The translations under genes were made by a program, and so were the position numbers. Below the pieces are notes generated by a model. It searched no databases and was not told where the DNA came from. It saw nothing but the letters and a program-made list of their open reading frames with translations. From positions 1,178,001 through 1,242,000 of the forward strand of contig CM007990.1 of NCBI GenBank assembly GCA_002189035.1: DNA of 64,000 bases. The letters run 5' to 3'. This DNA comes from Utricularia gibba (lineage: Eukaryota > Plantae > Magnoliophyta). Shown here one piece after another: positions 1 through 12,379 of the stretch; within the stretch, counting starts at the first letter, position 1; each line of letters begins with the position of its first letter.

Positions 1-225
1 CTAACAGCATCAATCACGTCCACCGTCCAGTTACGTTCAATCAAATTAACGTAATCAACAAAAACGCAAATCACCCATTGTGACCGAAAGTCAAAGCAAT
101 ACAAGAAACACACTTTATCCGGTCAAACGCCATCCCACATCAAAACAAGCCCTATTACATCAGAGATCACGCAACCCAAGAAAAAATCAGAACAAACGAC
201 GAGCATAACATAAACTTTGACAAAC

Positions 226-381
226 CAGATTGCTGTTGCAGCGATCGAGATCCAAGCACTTAACAGCTACCACTTCATTGTATGGCAAATAAATCGCCCT
301 GTAAACTGTAGCGCTTGCACCGTATCCCACCTCCTCCATCAGCTTGTATTCAGCTGGATTCGCGTCGTATGTCTTCCCCAT
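226..381 (-). CDS. STE20/MAP4K-type (BLUS1/FRAY-like) Ser/Thr kinase, first coding exon only; gene runs off the left edge
   Basis: Translation MGKTYDANPAEYKLMEEVGYGASATVYRAIYLPYNEVVAVKCLDLDRCNSNL contains the Gly loop GYGASATV and VAVK. ATG at 381-379; GT donor follows at 225-224. Confidence 0.88.
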
Positions 382-677
382 CCCCTTCTCTTTCAACGAA
401 TCAGTCAACAAACCATCAATCTGAAGAACAAACTTCGATAACTGAATCAAATCGCCACTGTGCGATTCGCCTGCTTGATTATCGTCAATAAATTCACAGA
501 CCCACCACTCTGCAAACCCACGGACAAGGACCGTGCTTCTTCCACTCTGCACAACTTCTCAGATTATTGGTATTTTTTTCTGCATAAATAATTTTATTAT
601 CAAAAAGAGAAAAATGCGGCGATTTTTATAATCATGTGCTGTGTGTACTTTTACGGGTACTTTCCTGTCAAAACTTT

Positions 678-763
678 TTCACATAATGGTAATAAAATTG
701 TGCTTATTTATATATATATATTCACATAATGGTAATAAAATTGTGCTTATTTAATATATATAT
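678..763. repeat. 43-bp direct tandem duplication ending in (TA)n
   Basis: TTCACATAATGGTAATAAAATTGTGCTTATTTA starts at 678 and again at 721, each followed by a TA run. Confidence 0.9.
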
Positions 764-904
764 ATATATATAATTTCGAATTTACTCCAAAAAAAGGCAT
801 ATTCTTTTGTAAAATTACGTCCCATTGCCATTGGGATAAAATGAAAACCGGGGCTTTGATGTCATTTCTCCCGCCGGTCGCCGCCAATCGCCAATCGCCA
901 TTCA

Positions 905-3393
905 ATGGCGAGAGCTTCCCTCTGCCCCGCCACCTCCTTCGCCGCCGGTTTCGGCCGCCGTGCGCCGGTTATGGCATCTCCAGATGCCTTCGCAGTCCGT
1001 GCCTCTTCCGTAAAAGGAAGGCCTGAAACTGGCAGGCTAGTTCACTCTTCCATTGAGGTAACAGGTGGAGGCGCAGAGTCATTTCTTCCCGCCTTCCAAA
1101 GCCTTCATCTCCCCTACGTGGCTTATCCCCTGGTTGGTTGGAATCGTCACGTGGAAACTATATTCGCCGCATTTTTTCGGTCTCTCCCTGATGTCAGATT
1201 CTGGCGTGAGTGTCTCCGAACTAGGGACGACGGCGCGGTCGCTCTCGATTGGGTGGCCGGCGATGACCGAAGCTTGCCTGTGGATTCCCCAATTCTAGTG
1301 TTACTGGTGGGTTTTTTGATACAATGATTGAATTTCCATGAATATGACATCGGCTTCAATTTCTTGATATGGCTAAGGCTAGGATGTTAAACCGTCATTT
1401 CCTTCTCTGAATTAGAAGATCATAGAAAGATGCAGCCTTTCTTCTATATTCCTTGTTAATTTGGTCAGTAACTATGATATGCAAAAGGAATTGAACAGGA
1501 GATGCCAAACCTATTGGCCATTAATTGGTTTTCTTCCTACCTTCGTGTAATTATGTGAAAAAACTGTTTACAGCCAGGTCTTACTGGTGGTAGTCAGGAC
1601 ACATATGTAAGGCATATGCTATTGATAGCTAGAAGCAAAAAGTGGCGTGTGGTGGTGTTCAACAGCAGAGGTTGTGGTGGTAGTCCAGTGACTACAGCTC
1701 AGGTACATACCTTCTAGTACTTGGAACGTGTCGCATGGCTTATACCGATAGCGAGCCATGTGGCTTTCGAATCTAGAGGCACAATGAATTTGAATAAGAG
1801 TGGTACTAAGCTACTTGTGCTTGACGTTCTACTGGCATTTTGGCTTTTCCAGGGCTCAACTTAAGGAAGGAGAGCTTTAAGCTCCACAAAAAAAAAAAAA
1901 CACTTGAAATTGTGTTTTTAGTTTCAACATTGGGTAATCTTTTGCAGTTCTATTCAGCTTCATTTCTAGGAGATATATCTGAGGTGGTGGAGCATGTTGG
2001 GAACCGTTACCCGAAGGCAAATTTGTATGCTGTAGGATGGTCCCTTGGGGCTAATATTCTTGTTAGATATGTAGGACAGGTAACACAACAGTGATCTCTG
2101 TGTCCCATTTTTTGCAATCTTGATGTATTGTTCATGTACAGCTTCTTGCATTCCATTTGATACTTGAGAGAATTCTGTGAACATACTTCTTTAGTTTATT
2201 GCACAGAACGAGAGTCTAGGAGGGACCCCTTGTAGAATTTGCCCACTTCTATCTAGAAAAGACTTGTAGCATTACAAATTCTAGGGTGCTGTATTCTTCA
2301 TTGCCCTTGCGCATCAGAGATAAAACCAGTTACTTTTTCTTTTCCGACTTTGAACCAGTTGTTTTCTTCTGCAAGTAAATTATTTTGGCTCTATATGTGG
2401 TGTTTTTACTGAATGCTGTAACTTTTTACCTGATTCTCATACATTTTTGCATCACAGGAATCCGTTTCTTGCCCTCTTTCTGGTGCAGTATCCTTATGCA
2501 ATCCTTTCAACTTGGTGATCGCAGATGAAGACTTTCGAAAAGGTTTTAACATAGTTTATGACAAGGCGCTTGCAAATTCTTTACGCAAGATTTTCATAAG
2601 GTAGATGGGGTTAACTTTGTCAACAAAAATCTGCTGAAGTGCACCTCATGACTATGAAAGACTTATGTAGACATGCTCTCCTGTTTGAGGACATTGGAGG
2701 TGATTTCAATATCCCAATGGCTGCAAATGCGGAATCTGTTAGAGGATTTGATGAGGGGCTTACACGAGGTATCTATGGACTAGAACCTTCATCACCTGAA
2801 CTTAACATTGTAATCCTTTTATGCGGTCTCTGGAGCCTGATTCCATTTTTGGTTTCCTCAGTGTCATTTGGATTCAAATCAGTAGATGATTACTACTCCA
2901 ATTCTAGCAGCTCTGATTCTATAAAGAGTGTCTCCATACCTTTGCTCTGCATCCAGGCAAGTGCCTCAACTCTGCATCATCATGATATCTTTGTGCTGAT
3001 CAGCTTATCATGTCAAATGATTCTCAGGCCGAAAATGATCCAATTGCGCCATCTCGCGGGATCCCTCGTGAAGCCATACAGGTCTAGAGAAAGACTCGAT
3101 TGCTCGGCAATTAACCACTGTGAAGCAATCAACACATGATCTGATACTTTCTCTTCTTGTATTTTCAGAAAAATCCAAACTGCATGCTGATAGTTACACC
3201 TAAAGGTGGGCATTTGGGTTGGGTTGCAGGCAGCAAAGCTCCATGGGGAGCTCCTTGGACAGACTCTATAGTGATGGATTTTTTGCAGCACTTGCAGCTG
3301 AATAGATTTTCAGCTCCTGTGTCTTCTAGCAGCCCTGCCGAAACTACCAAGGGGTCTGGCGATGCACACGGCCTTCACCATATTCAGGTGTAG
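905..3393 (+). CDS. Alpha/beta hydrolase, embryogenesis-associated EMB8-like (ABHD1/3-type), 8 exons
   Basis: Exons join in frame: LVLL|PGLTGGS, FNSRGCG, nucleophile motif GWSLG, AENDPI (Asp), GGHLGW (His). Intron 6 has a GC donor (CAG|gcaagt, 2957). N-terminus resembles a transit peptide. Confidence 0.93.
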
Positions 3394-3545
3394 GAATTAG
3401 AAGCACATGCTGAACATTATTTGGAACAAACCTGCTTTACAGAACAATTATTAAACACTGATTATACAACCAAATCAGTTTTACCAATTCTCCTTCATAA
3501 TGCTTGAATCAGGCATTTATGTTGCAGTAACATTTGTTTGTGCGA

Positions 3546-4887
3546 TCATAGCTTTGAGTACAACGCCTTTCTCTTTTGAAGTTGAGCAGAAACTGCTTCT
3601 TTCAAGTCATCTGTCTGTAGCAATCCGGAGTTCAGTGTAGCCACGTAATCCAGACCTTGATGCAATGTCAGGTCCCTGCTCTGCAAAATCACCCGCTTCG
3701 TCCCCATAACAGCAAGTGGTGACATCGAACAGATATCTGCAAAAAAGGCATACAATCAAAATTCACTCAATATCCAGAACTTGACCTCAGACTGAATTCC
3801 AGTATAAGGAACTCCCATCCAACTTCAACTAGCGTTTTACATGCCACTGCGCTAAGTATTCTTATTGCCCTAAAACACTTTCTGTAGTTGAAAGGATTCA
3901 ACTTTACATTCGCTTCACAACTTTCAAGAGAATGAGCTTAATGAAACCAAAGCCTTATTCACATTCGCTTCACAGCTTCAAAGACTTATGTTTCATCACT
4001 TGAACTGTAGGGATACAGAGTCCCTACATGTGAAGAGATCTACATGACTTGGGATTAGATGCTTTTAACTTGATTTATCATCTTTCTCACATTCCCAGGT
4101 CCCAAAACTAGCTTTCAATCAGCACCGGCTAGCCACGGTAGGAAGGACGAGAAATTATCACTTAGAAAACGATTCCCAAAAACAATTCTGGAATGGGAAA
4201 AAGGCTGCTGCAAAATGGAACAATCAAATAGTAAAGGAAAAAGCTTACGCTCTGCGATTTCCTCAACACCATTTTCCAAGGCTTCCTTATCTGCAAAGAT
4301 CCTGGACACTAATCCCAGTTCCTTCGCCTGTAGAGCAGAGAATTTCCGAGCCGTCAAAGCGAGTTCCATGGCATTACCGAGCCCGACAATAGCAGGAAGC
4401 CTCTGCAACGTTCCCAAATCAGCCGCGATCCCCAATTCAACTTCCTTCACCGAGAAGAAGGCGCTTTCTGTAGCATACCTCAGATCGCACGCAGTAATCA
4501 AATCGATACCTCCCCCAATGCAAGCCCATGTATAGCGGCAATCACAGGCTTCCGGCACTCCTCAATCGCCGTCAACGCTCGCTGCATTAACAAAATCTCA
4601 CGACGTATTTTCTCCGCCTTCCTCCCGGAGTCCAAACCCTGCTTCTCCTGGAAGTTGGAAACCAGCGTCTGGAGGTTGATTCCGGAGCAGAAGTGCTTTC
4701 CTACGCCATATATTACAATCACACCCGCTTCAGTCCCGTGATCGAGCTCCCTAAGTGCTTCAGGAAATTCAGCGAAGAACTCATTCGAAAGGGCGTTCCC
4801 AAAAGCCGGCTGATTCAACAATAGGCGAAAAACTCGAGATTCCGGCGACCTCCGCACGATTTTCAATGTCTTGTACCTGTCGTCCAT
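3546..4887 (-). CDS. DCI1: Peroxisomal delta(3,5),delta(2,4)-dienoyl-CoA isomerase (crotonase family), 2 exons (4887-4249, 3736-3546), with an apparent 1-bp frameshift at ~4525
   Basis: Motifs HFCSGINL, ECRKPVIAAIHG/ACIGGGIDLITACDLRY and AADLGTLQRLP; C-terminal PTS1 -SKL*. The two halves are in different frames at a GGG run. Confidence 0.92.
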
Positions 4888-5942
4888 CTGCCCTAGCGGC
4901 TCCCCGCCGCGGCCATCGCATTTCCCGATAGAGAAAAGCCCTTGGGCCTGATCCTGGGCCCACATCCAGGGACAATTAGTCACGTGATCAACGCGTGGTT
5001 TGACATCTTTTTCTTCTTTTTCAGGGGAAGAGATAAGGATCTTATTTATTTCCTTTTATAGAAAGAGATAGGGCTATTACTAGAGGTCACCCTAGGTTGA
5101 AAGACTGTAAGAAAATATTTATGATTTATTTAAGTAAATAACTCCTTTTTGTCTCATAATGATTAAAATAAAACTAAAAAAAAGGATTAATTCTAACATC
5201 AAATATGTTTTAAAAATGAATACAATTAATTTAAGGATTAAAAGAATCACAACCATCATTTCAAATGTTGTAGTTTAAATTATTTAAAATAAAAAATGAG
5301 ATAAATTAAATGTTAGTTATCAAAATTATTGAAGAATGTATATTTTATGAATTATGAATAATTATAAATATAATTTATTAATATATTAAATGATTTAAAT
5401 TGATAAGACATTATAAATTGTGTATTCATTGTTTTGAATAATTATATAAAATGAATGCTATTAAATATTTTTATCGTAAAAACATAATAAAAATGTTTTT
5501 TTATCAAAAGAATTTATTTTTCTCAAAAAAAGCAGGGCGCGTGAGGGTAACATTCCTCCGGTAACCGTCCAGGTGGCGTGCACACAACACAATAGGGACT
5601 TCAAAAAGCACAAAGAATCGCTGATCTCGCGGCCGCCGCTAGCCATTTCCTATCATCTCCGACGCCGGAAGTTATACCGGAATGGATTCGGCGATTTCCG
5701 TCGAATCTCTATCATGCCTCGGCCGTGAAACCGTGGTGGCATTTTGCACGCGCTTCCACGATTTGATAAGCTTTTTTTGTGTTATCCAGTTCGCTCGTCA
5801 TCGTCTGGGATTCTGAAGCGCCACGCGTGCTACCTACCCTGCCGTTCACTATTTCTAAAATGTGAGGATCTAGAAATCCGGCTGCCATAAATGAGCCTCT
5901 TCCATCTTCTCTTTCTCGCGAAATCTCGAGATCTCGGGAGAA

Positions 5943-7526
5943 ATGGGGAGAAGAAGGCTTGAGATAAAGCGAATCGAGGACAAGAGCGCTAGGCAAGTAA
6001 CATTCTCGAAGCGGAGGAATGGCTTGCTGAAGAAAGCCAGAGAACTGTCGGTTCTCTGCGGCGCCGATGTCGCCGTTGTTATTTTTTCCAGTAGCGGAAA
6101 GCCCTACAATTACTGCAGCAACAACAGGTTGGTTTCTTTGTATTTCATGCGTTATTTAGAACGAGATTCTAATCTTGATCTTCATCCAGCTTGGCCAAAA
6201 CGCTGAGAAGGTATTATAATCATGTTGAACCAGAATCAAGTCACCCCAGTGGCGTTTCTGATGACAAGGTACATGAATCTTTACATGAAAAAGGGTTATC
6301 CTTGGTGGATGATTTACCAGAAAAGGTTCAGAATTCATTCTACCTTTGAAAGTAGTAGAAGAAACATATTTTCAAATCCAGGGTTTGTGTTGCATTTGGA
6401 TGAGATATTGCATTCCATATTTGTGTCGTCAAGGCTCTCATTTGATGTTATGATTTTAGCTGGTTTTGAGGTTATGGATCCTGGATTGAATCTGTTGGCT
6501 GTTTTAGATGTAATGCTTTGGTTGGGGAGCAGAATGTTATTCACGTATGCTCTACATTTCTACATCAGGCTTGCAACTTTAAAGATCCAGAATACATCAC
6601 AAGAGAGGAGCTTCTTCAAGTTGTGGAAAGGCAATCATGAGTTTTGTTAATCCTCCGAATGAGTGACTGTGCTTTTAAAATATCACATTTGACACAGGGA
6701 ACTCGAGGAGCTGGATGGTGACCAGCGCAGCGATGTTGAACTTGTTCTTCTTGAAGACCAACTGCAGAATGCATTAGTGCAAACTAAAAAGGCGAAGGTT
6801 CCTTCTTTAAACCCCTCTCCAACTCTCGAAAAATGCATCTTATCAACGGCAGTTTTCTTGCATATCCCTAGGCCTTTGATGAAGTTTTACTCTGTTTTCT
6901 TGTTCATCGACGCGGTTGTCTTGACTACCAGCGATATGCTTTTTCTGATCCCTGTTTTTCCACACAAAGAAAGCCTGATTCAATTACTGTGCAGACGGAT
7001 TGGCTATTGAATGTCATCTCCAACCTGCAAGACGTGGTAAGAATTTAATATTCTCTATTGCCCTGCATACCAACTGTGGCAGCATATCGGTTTACCTTAT
7101 CACTCAGAAGTTCTTGATAGTAGATGAAATGGGGGCCTTTTCCATGCCCCTGTTCATCTTTGGAGTGTATCAAAAAAGAGAGAAATGCACTGGAACTATT
7201 CTGAGAACTAAACCACTGACTGTAACAAGAACAAAAGTCTTTGAACTCATACACCATACACAGATGCTCAAGTGATTCCTTTTTGCTACCAGGAAACCGC
7301 ACTATTGGATCAGAACAATTTCCTTGAGGACAAGGTAATCTACACGCCCTCTGACCATTACCAGCATTTGAGCATGCAGATTTGCTATCAAACACCAATG
7401 CTACATTCCATAATTAAGTTGGGATGCTGTTAAAGTGATCACAATTTGCAGATCAGCAGGAGCACTGTGAAGAATGCTGCTGCCCTGGATCTGAATGCGG
7501 TTCCTGATGGCTACCAGAGTTCATAG
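5943..7526 (+). CDS. FLC-clade MIKC MADS-box transcription factor, copy 1 (194 aa)
   Basis: Exons 5943-6127, 6190-6268, 6569-6630, 6698-6797, 6995-7036, 7293-7334, 7452-7526 (185/79/62/100/42/42/75 bp, typical MIKC sizes). MADS domain [25 protein letters not shown]; I/K region [30 protein letters not shown] resembles asterid FLC-like proteins as recalled. Intron 3 needs a GC donor. Confidence 0.88.
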
Positions 7527-10073
7527 GTTCAAGTAATCGTGCCATGTGATGGATGAGTAGAAGATTGGCATCTTTGCCAATCAGCCATTTACAGGTGGTT
7601 TTTGAAGAATGATCATCCATACTTTTGTGCATCTGAAAAATGATCCTTCACTAGTTCTGTTTTGTTTTGTTCATATTTGTGTAAGAAAACAAGATCCATG
7701 GTTATTTTTCAAAAGCAAGTACCATTTATTCACTCATACAGTAGCGCTTCACTGCAGAACCTCCTCTTTGCTGCATTTACTTCATTCTGTAACCTCCTTT
7801 GTACTGCATTTCTTGGATCTGATGTGTTATGGAGTCATTAATGTAATTACTATATATGAAAAATTTGATTAAAAAAAGTCACTTAAATGGAATTAATTGT
7901 TTTTAATAGAAAATTATTGTAATAAAAATTATACAAAAAATTATCAAAATAACATTTTCACTATAAAAGATGTAGCCAAATCTTTTTTGTCATAAATTTG
8001 GAAGAAATTGTAGTACATTTTGATGCATAGGTTAGAAAAACTTTTTGGAATCATTTGTTAGCTGTGTTTAGACATTTAAACAAAGTACATTGTAAAAGTG
8101 ACAATCATAAATTAAATGTGTAATAAAAATGATCATCATTTTAATGCGTAAGATAGAAAGAATAAAGATATCTAGATTTTTAAATGATACTCTAAAATGT
8201 ATGTTTTATATAACACGTGTTTCATATAATTGTTAAATAATATAGGTGATTTTTTTTAAATAATATGGGATCATTTTTTTTATATTTATCTTTTATTTTT
8301 ATTTTTGAATTAGATCAAATTTTTATTTATCAAAACTCATGAGTAAAAGTTATGAAAATGTAATATATACTTAATGGTTACTATTAATTATTATAAACTA
8401 TACTATTCATCTGAATAATTAACTTAAACACATGAACTATTAAATTATGCTGTCAAACATTCTCTTTATATGTTAAAAATAATACTCCAGTGTTAAATAA
8501 TACATCTATCAAAATATTTAATCCATATTATTATATATTAATTACCATCAACCTTATAGTTAATAAGTTATTTAGTTTTTTGTTAGGAACAAAAACTACT
8601 TTTGAAAATGGATTTGAAAAGTATTTTTTTATCCAATACAAATGATTTTTATTTTAAAAAACTAAAAAGTTTAAATTTTTTATTATTTTAAAACAAGCTG
8701 AAGAACCTTTCTATTATTAGAATTAATTTTAAAATTTTTTTTTAGAATCTTAACATTTGATATTCTACCAAATATATCCTGATTAATTCCTTACAAACTA
8801 TCTTACATTTGTGGGGATGAACAATATTGTTATGACATGTTTTTAAGGCATGTCATTCCCTATGTTTTTAAGTGTAGATGATTGAAAATTCAAAAAAAAT
8901 ATTAATATATTAAATGTTACAATTCATATTATTCTTATATGATATTGTTCGATTTAAATAATTAACCTTACAATTTATGTTCTTCACTTCCAAAAAAAAG
9001 ATTTTGTTTAAAATTATAGTAATCCATCTAGTTAAACATGTCTTCTTTCATATTGTTAACTAATATGTGATATTATTACTAGATTTACAACCTTACATTT
9101 TCTCTCATTTAGTTATTGAGTGTTCTCACTAAATAACTTGTCCCATCATTGAAACATGTATGTGTTTTGCAATGATACCAAATGTCATGATCTATATTAT
9201 TATTGTACTATTTTCCATTTAGATCACATACTTTTCCATGATTATACATTTTCTTTTTTTAAAAAAATATTCTTGAAAAAAATTAGAAAAATCTTTTTAT
9301 TTAAACATATTCTCTCATTTGTACATAACCAACGTCGTTACAATACCCTTGGTCTTAAAATAAAAATACAACTTATTTCAAAGTTTGAACGAACATCTTA
9401 AACTATTTAACAAGTAATTACATTCATTTTTTGTAGCATTTGACATCATTACATAGTTTTTCATGCAAGTTTTTTGTTTTGGCTTTGAATCCACATACTT
9501 ATAATTACATTTTACATTATTTAAATGAGAATTTAGAAACATTTTTGAACGACTTTTTCATAGAATTTCATTCTAATTTATTTAATTGAAAATTATGAAT
9601 GTTTTTTTTAAATAATTCTTTCGCATTTATAACGCTTCCCACATTCATGGCTCAACACAATTATCAAGAGAAACCCAACTTGTCGACGTGCCAAGCGCGC
9701 ATTGGATGTGTCACTTGTAAAACACAAGTGTTCTCACGTCGGGGTTGAACTCCCAAAACGACAGGATTGAATCGAATGGATTCGGATAAGGATGACGCCG
9801 GCGACGATTTTCTCGTTTCCCCCACCAGCCGACGTCGACGAACGGCGATCGACGATTTCGAACCAGATTCGGGTAACGCTGCCCCCACCATTCTCGCTTT
9901 CTCCATCAGCTTTCTGTGTTGTTCTTCTATTGTATCACGGTGCTTCCTCGACTGCACCTTGTCTGGAAGTGGAGCGCTCGAAAAAGCCAACTTTTCTGGA
10001 AATCGGAAAGGCTCTTACTCTTCTTCTCTATTTCTTTTTCGGCTACGACGCTAGAGATTTTGAGTTGGGGGAA

Positions 10074-12119
10074 ATGGGGAAGAGGAAGCTGGAGATTAAG
10101 CGGATCGAGAACAAAAGCGCTCGGGAAGTGACTTTCTCGAAGCGGAGGAGTGGTTTCCTGAAGAAGGCCGGGGAGCTGTCAGTCTTGTGCGACGCGGAAG
10201 TCGCCGTGATTATATTTTCCAGCACCGGAAGGCTGTACGAGTACTGCAGCCCTAACAGGTTCATTAACGTATTTCAGATCTCCTGTCTCTTTATATCTTC
10301 CAGCACCAGTATTAATCGTTTATTGGGGCGAGGCTGATGCTTTAGATGTTGACAAGTTTCCATCTTTTGACGACCTCATGAAAGAAATAGCTGTAATAAT
10401 GCCCTAGTTTTGCTTGTATCGAATTGTATGTGCCGATATCTTTTAACATGTTTCTGCACATGGTTTATTCATCCATTTGGTAGTTGATACACAGTTTGCT
10501 TTACATGCGTACAAATTTCTTTGTTCCCATCTTATGCTCATGAGCATTTTGATGTCCATGATCCACTACAGCACGATAAATTTCACAGTAAATGTTATCT
10601 TTAACACCATCAGGAGTACCCAAGCCCACTTTTCTCCTGTGATTTCTCTTCATCGCCAGTTATGACATGAGCATTGCCTAGAACCTTTGGTTCCTTCTTA
10701 TTATGATTTACTAACTGATAAGAAGTCCATATAGTGGTGCACTGAGAGATAGCGGGTTCATTCTCTTCACAATAAAATGCAAGCGATTGGCAAAAGCAAG
10801 AGTATGCTTTTGGTAGTGTATCAAACACGCTCTGGTGTGGTGGATATTGTTCTACAGGTTATAGTATTCATCTCTTCCCTTCACTATGATTTTTCAGAAG
10901 CCGTGTTATGATATTCACTATGTAAAAATGGGATATTTACCACTCTGAAACCTTTGTTATAATCAAGTGTTTAGATGATACCGAGTATAGTGAGGTAATG
11001 GGTTCATGATATCATATGTAAGAACTGATTTTCTTTCTGTTACTGCATATGTGGAAGTTAGAGATGAAATCATGTCGATTTTTTTAGAGAATACCAGAGA
11101 GAGAATTTCAAAAATCATGTGTAGAGAAGCAACATACGGTTTCCTTCATCGGTGTTTCAGGTTTAGAAGTTGCAGCTCATTTCATGTGGATGGCAGGTTG
11201 GATACGTAGGTTAGATGCTTAGAAACTGCAAGACGTCAAGATACTTCTTGGAAACATCATTATATATGAATTGAGAGAACACTGTAAACTCATGCGTTAA
11301 CTGAAGTATCAACCAGGGTGAAAGGAAAAAATGCTGATATCTAGGCATACTTGCCTTTTTTTCATGTTCTCATTATTGACTGTTAGTTTGTCTTTTCTTT
11401 CCTGTTTTCACTATCAAATTACAGCACTTTAACCTTGGATACACATTGTTTGACTATCACTAGCTTGGCCACAACCCTACGACGTTATTACAATTATGTG
11501 GGAACAAAAGCAAGCACACACACTGGAGATCCTGAGCAAAGGCAAATGAATTCCTATAATTTGTTCCTCAGTGCTTACTCTTCCTGGTCTTCCAGACGAA
11601 AGTCTGATGTTGCTTTTCCCTTTTTCTTTTACAGGGAACTTGAGGAGCCCTTTGATGCACAGCGCAGTGTGGCCAACCTTGCTCTTCTTGAAAATCAACT
11701 CAAAACCGCATTAATGGAAATAGAACGAGAGAAGGTTTCCTATCTAGTTTCCACCCGACTATTTTCTCATTCACTTCTCAAACATGCACCCACCGACATG
11801 TTTCGCAGCAGTTAGCATACAATGTAGTTTCTTTGTTGCATCTCTCAATACCTGTAATATGAATGGCTTTTCTGGTTTTCTCTACGTTGCTAACCCCTCC
11901 TTTCTCCTGTCCCCTTTGCAGCAGAATGCACTGGCAGAAGAACAGAGCCTCCCCGAGCTAGACAAGGTGATCATATACTTGTCCCAGATCATACTGAAAC
12001 GAGCTGCCTGAGCGAACGCTGATCAGTCTCCGCTCAACCTGCAGAGTGGCCGCAGCCACGAGAAGAACGCATCTATAGATCTCAATCTCCTCCCCGCCGA
12101 CGACGACAACCAAGACTAG
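10074..12119 (+). CDS. FLC-clade MIKC MADS-box transcription factor, copy 2, lacking the 62-bp exon 3 (~175 aa)
   Basis: Exons 10074-10258, 11464-11541, 11635-11734, probably 11809-11853, 11922-11966, 12045-12119. Open frame to a C-terminus [14 protein letters not shown]. Confidence 0.82.
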
Positions 12120-12180
12120 AACAATGAGAACGGCTCCCGCAGTTTGCTGCATCTGAACCTTTGAAGAACCATGTCGATGG

Positions 12181-12379
12181 CCGTACTGTTTCATGGCCCA
12201 TGTAGCTGACGTATTCCACCCTCTGAATTTTTTTTCATCTTATTTTTGTTAAATTTAATATTGTGCTGTTTGATTTCATGAGTACGAAGAAAATTGACTA
12301 CTTGCCATTATCAAGTTTCGAGTGGGCCCCGTGGATCTGTACGGACACTCCCCCGGTCGCATGGCGGTTTACTGTACGG
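12181..12379. promoter_or_regulatory. SBP/SPL-type GTAC sites plus a TCP site upstream of MADS copy 3
   Basis: CCGTAC at 12181, AGTGGGCCCCGT at 12321, TGTACGG at 12338 and 12373. Function inferred from known motif consensus. Confidence 0.55.

Noticed and set aside
132-142. ATCCCACATCA resembling the plant snRNA upstream sequence element
   Set aside because: One mismatch to RTCCCACATCG, no properly spaced TATA box and no recognisable snRNA downstream.
9792-10073. 94-aa in-frame N-terminal extension of MADS copy 2
   Set aside because: MIKC proteins normally start at the MADS domain, the three paralogs lack it, and the extension looks like translated UTR.
11809-11853. Apparent loss of exon 5 in MADS copy 2
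   Set aside because: A 45-bp AG/GT-flanked segment encodes [15 protein letters not shown], which aligns with [23 protein letters not shown], so exon 5 is probably present but diverged.
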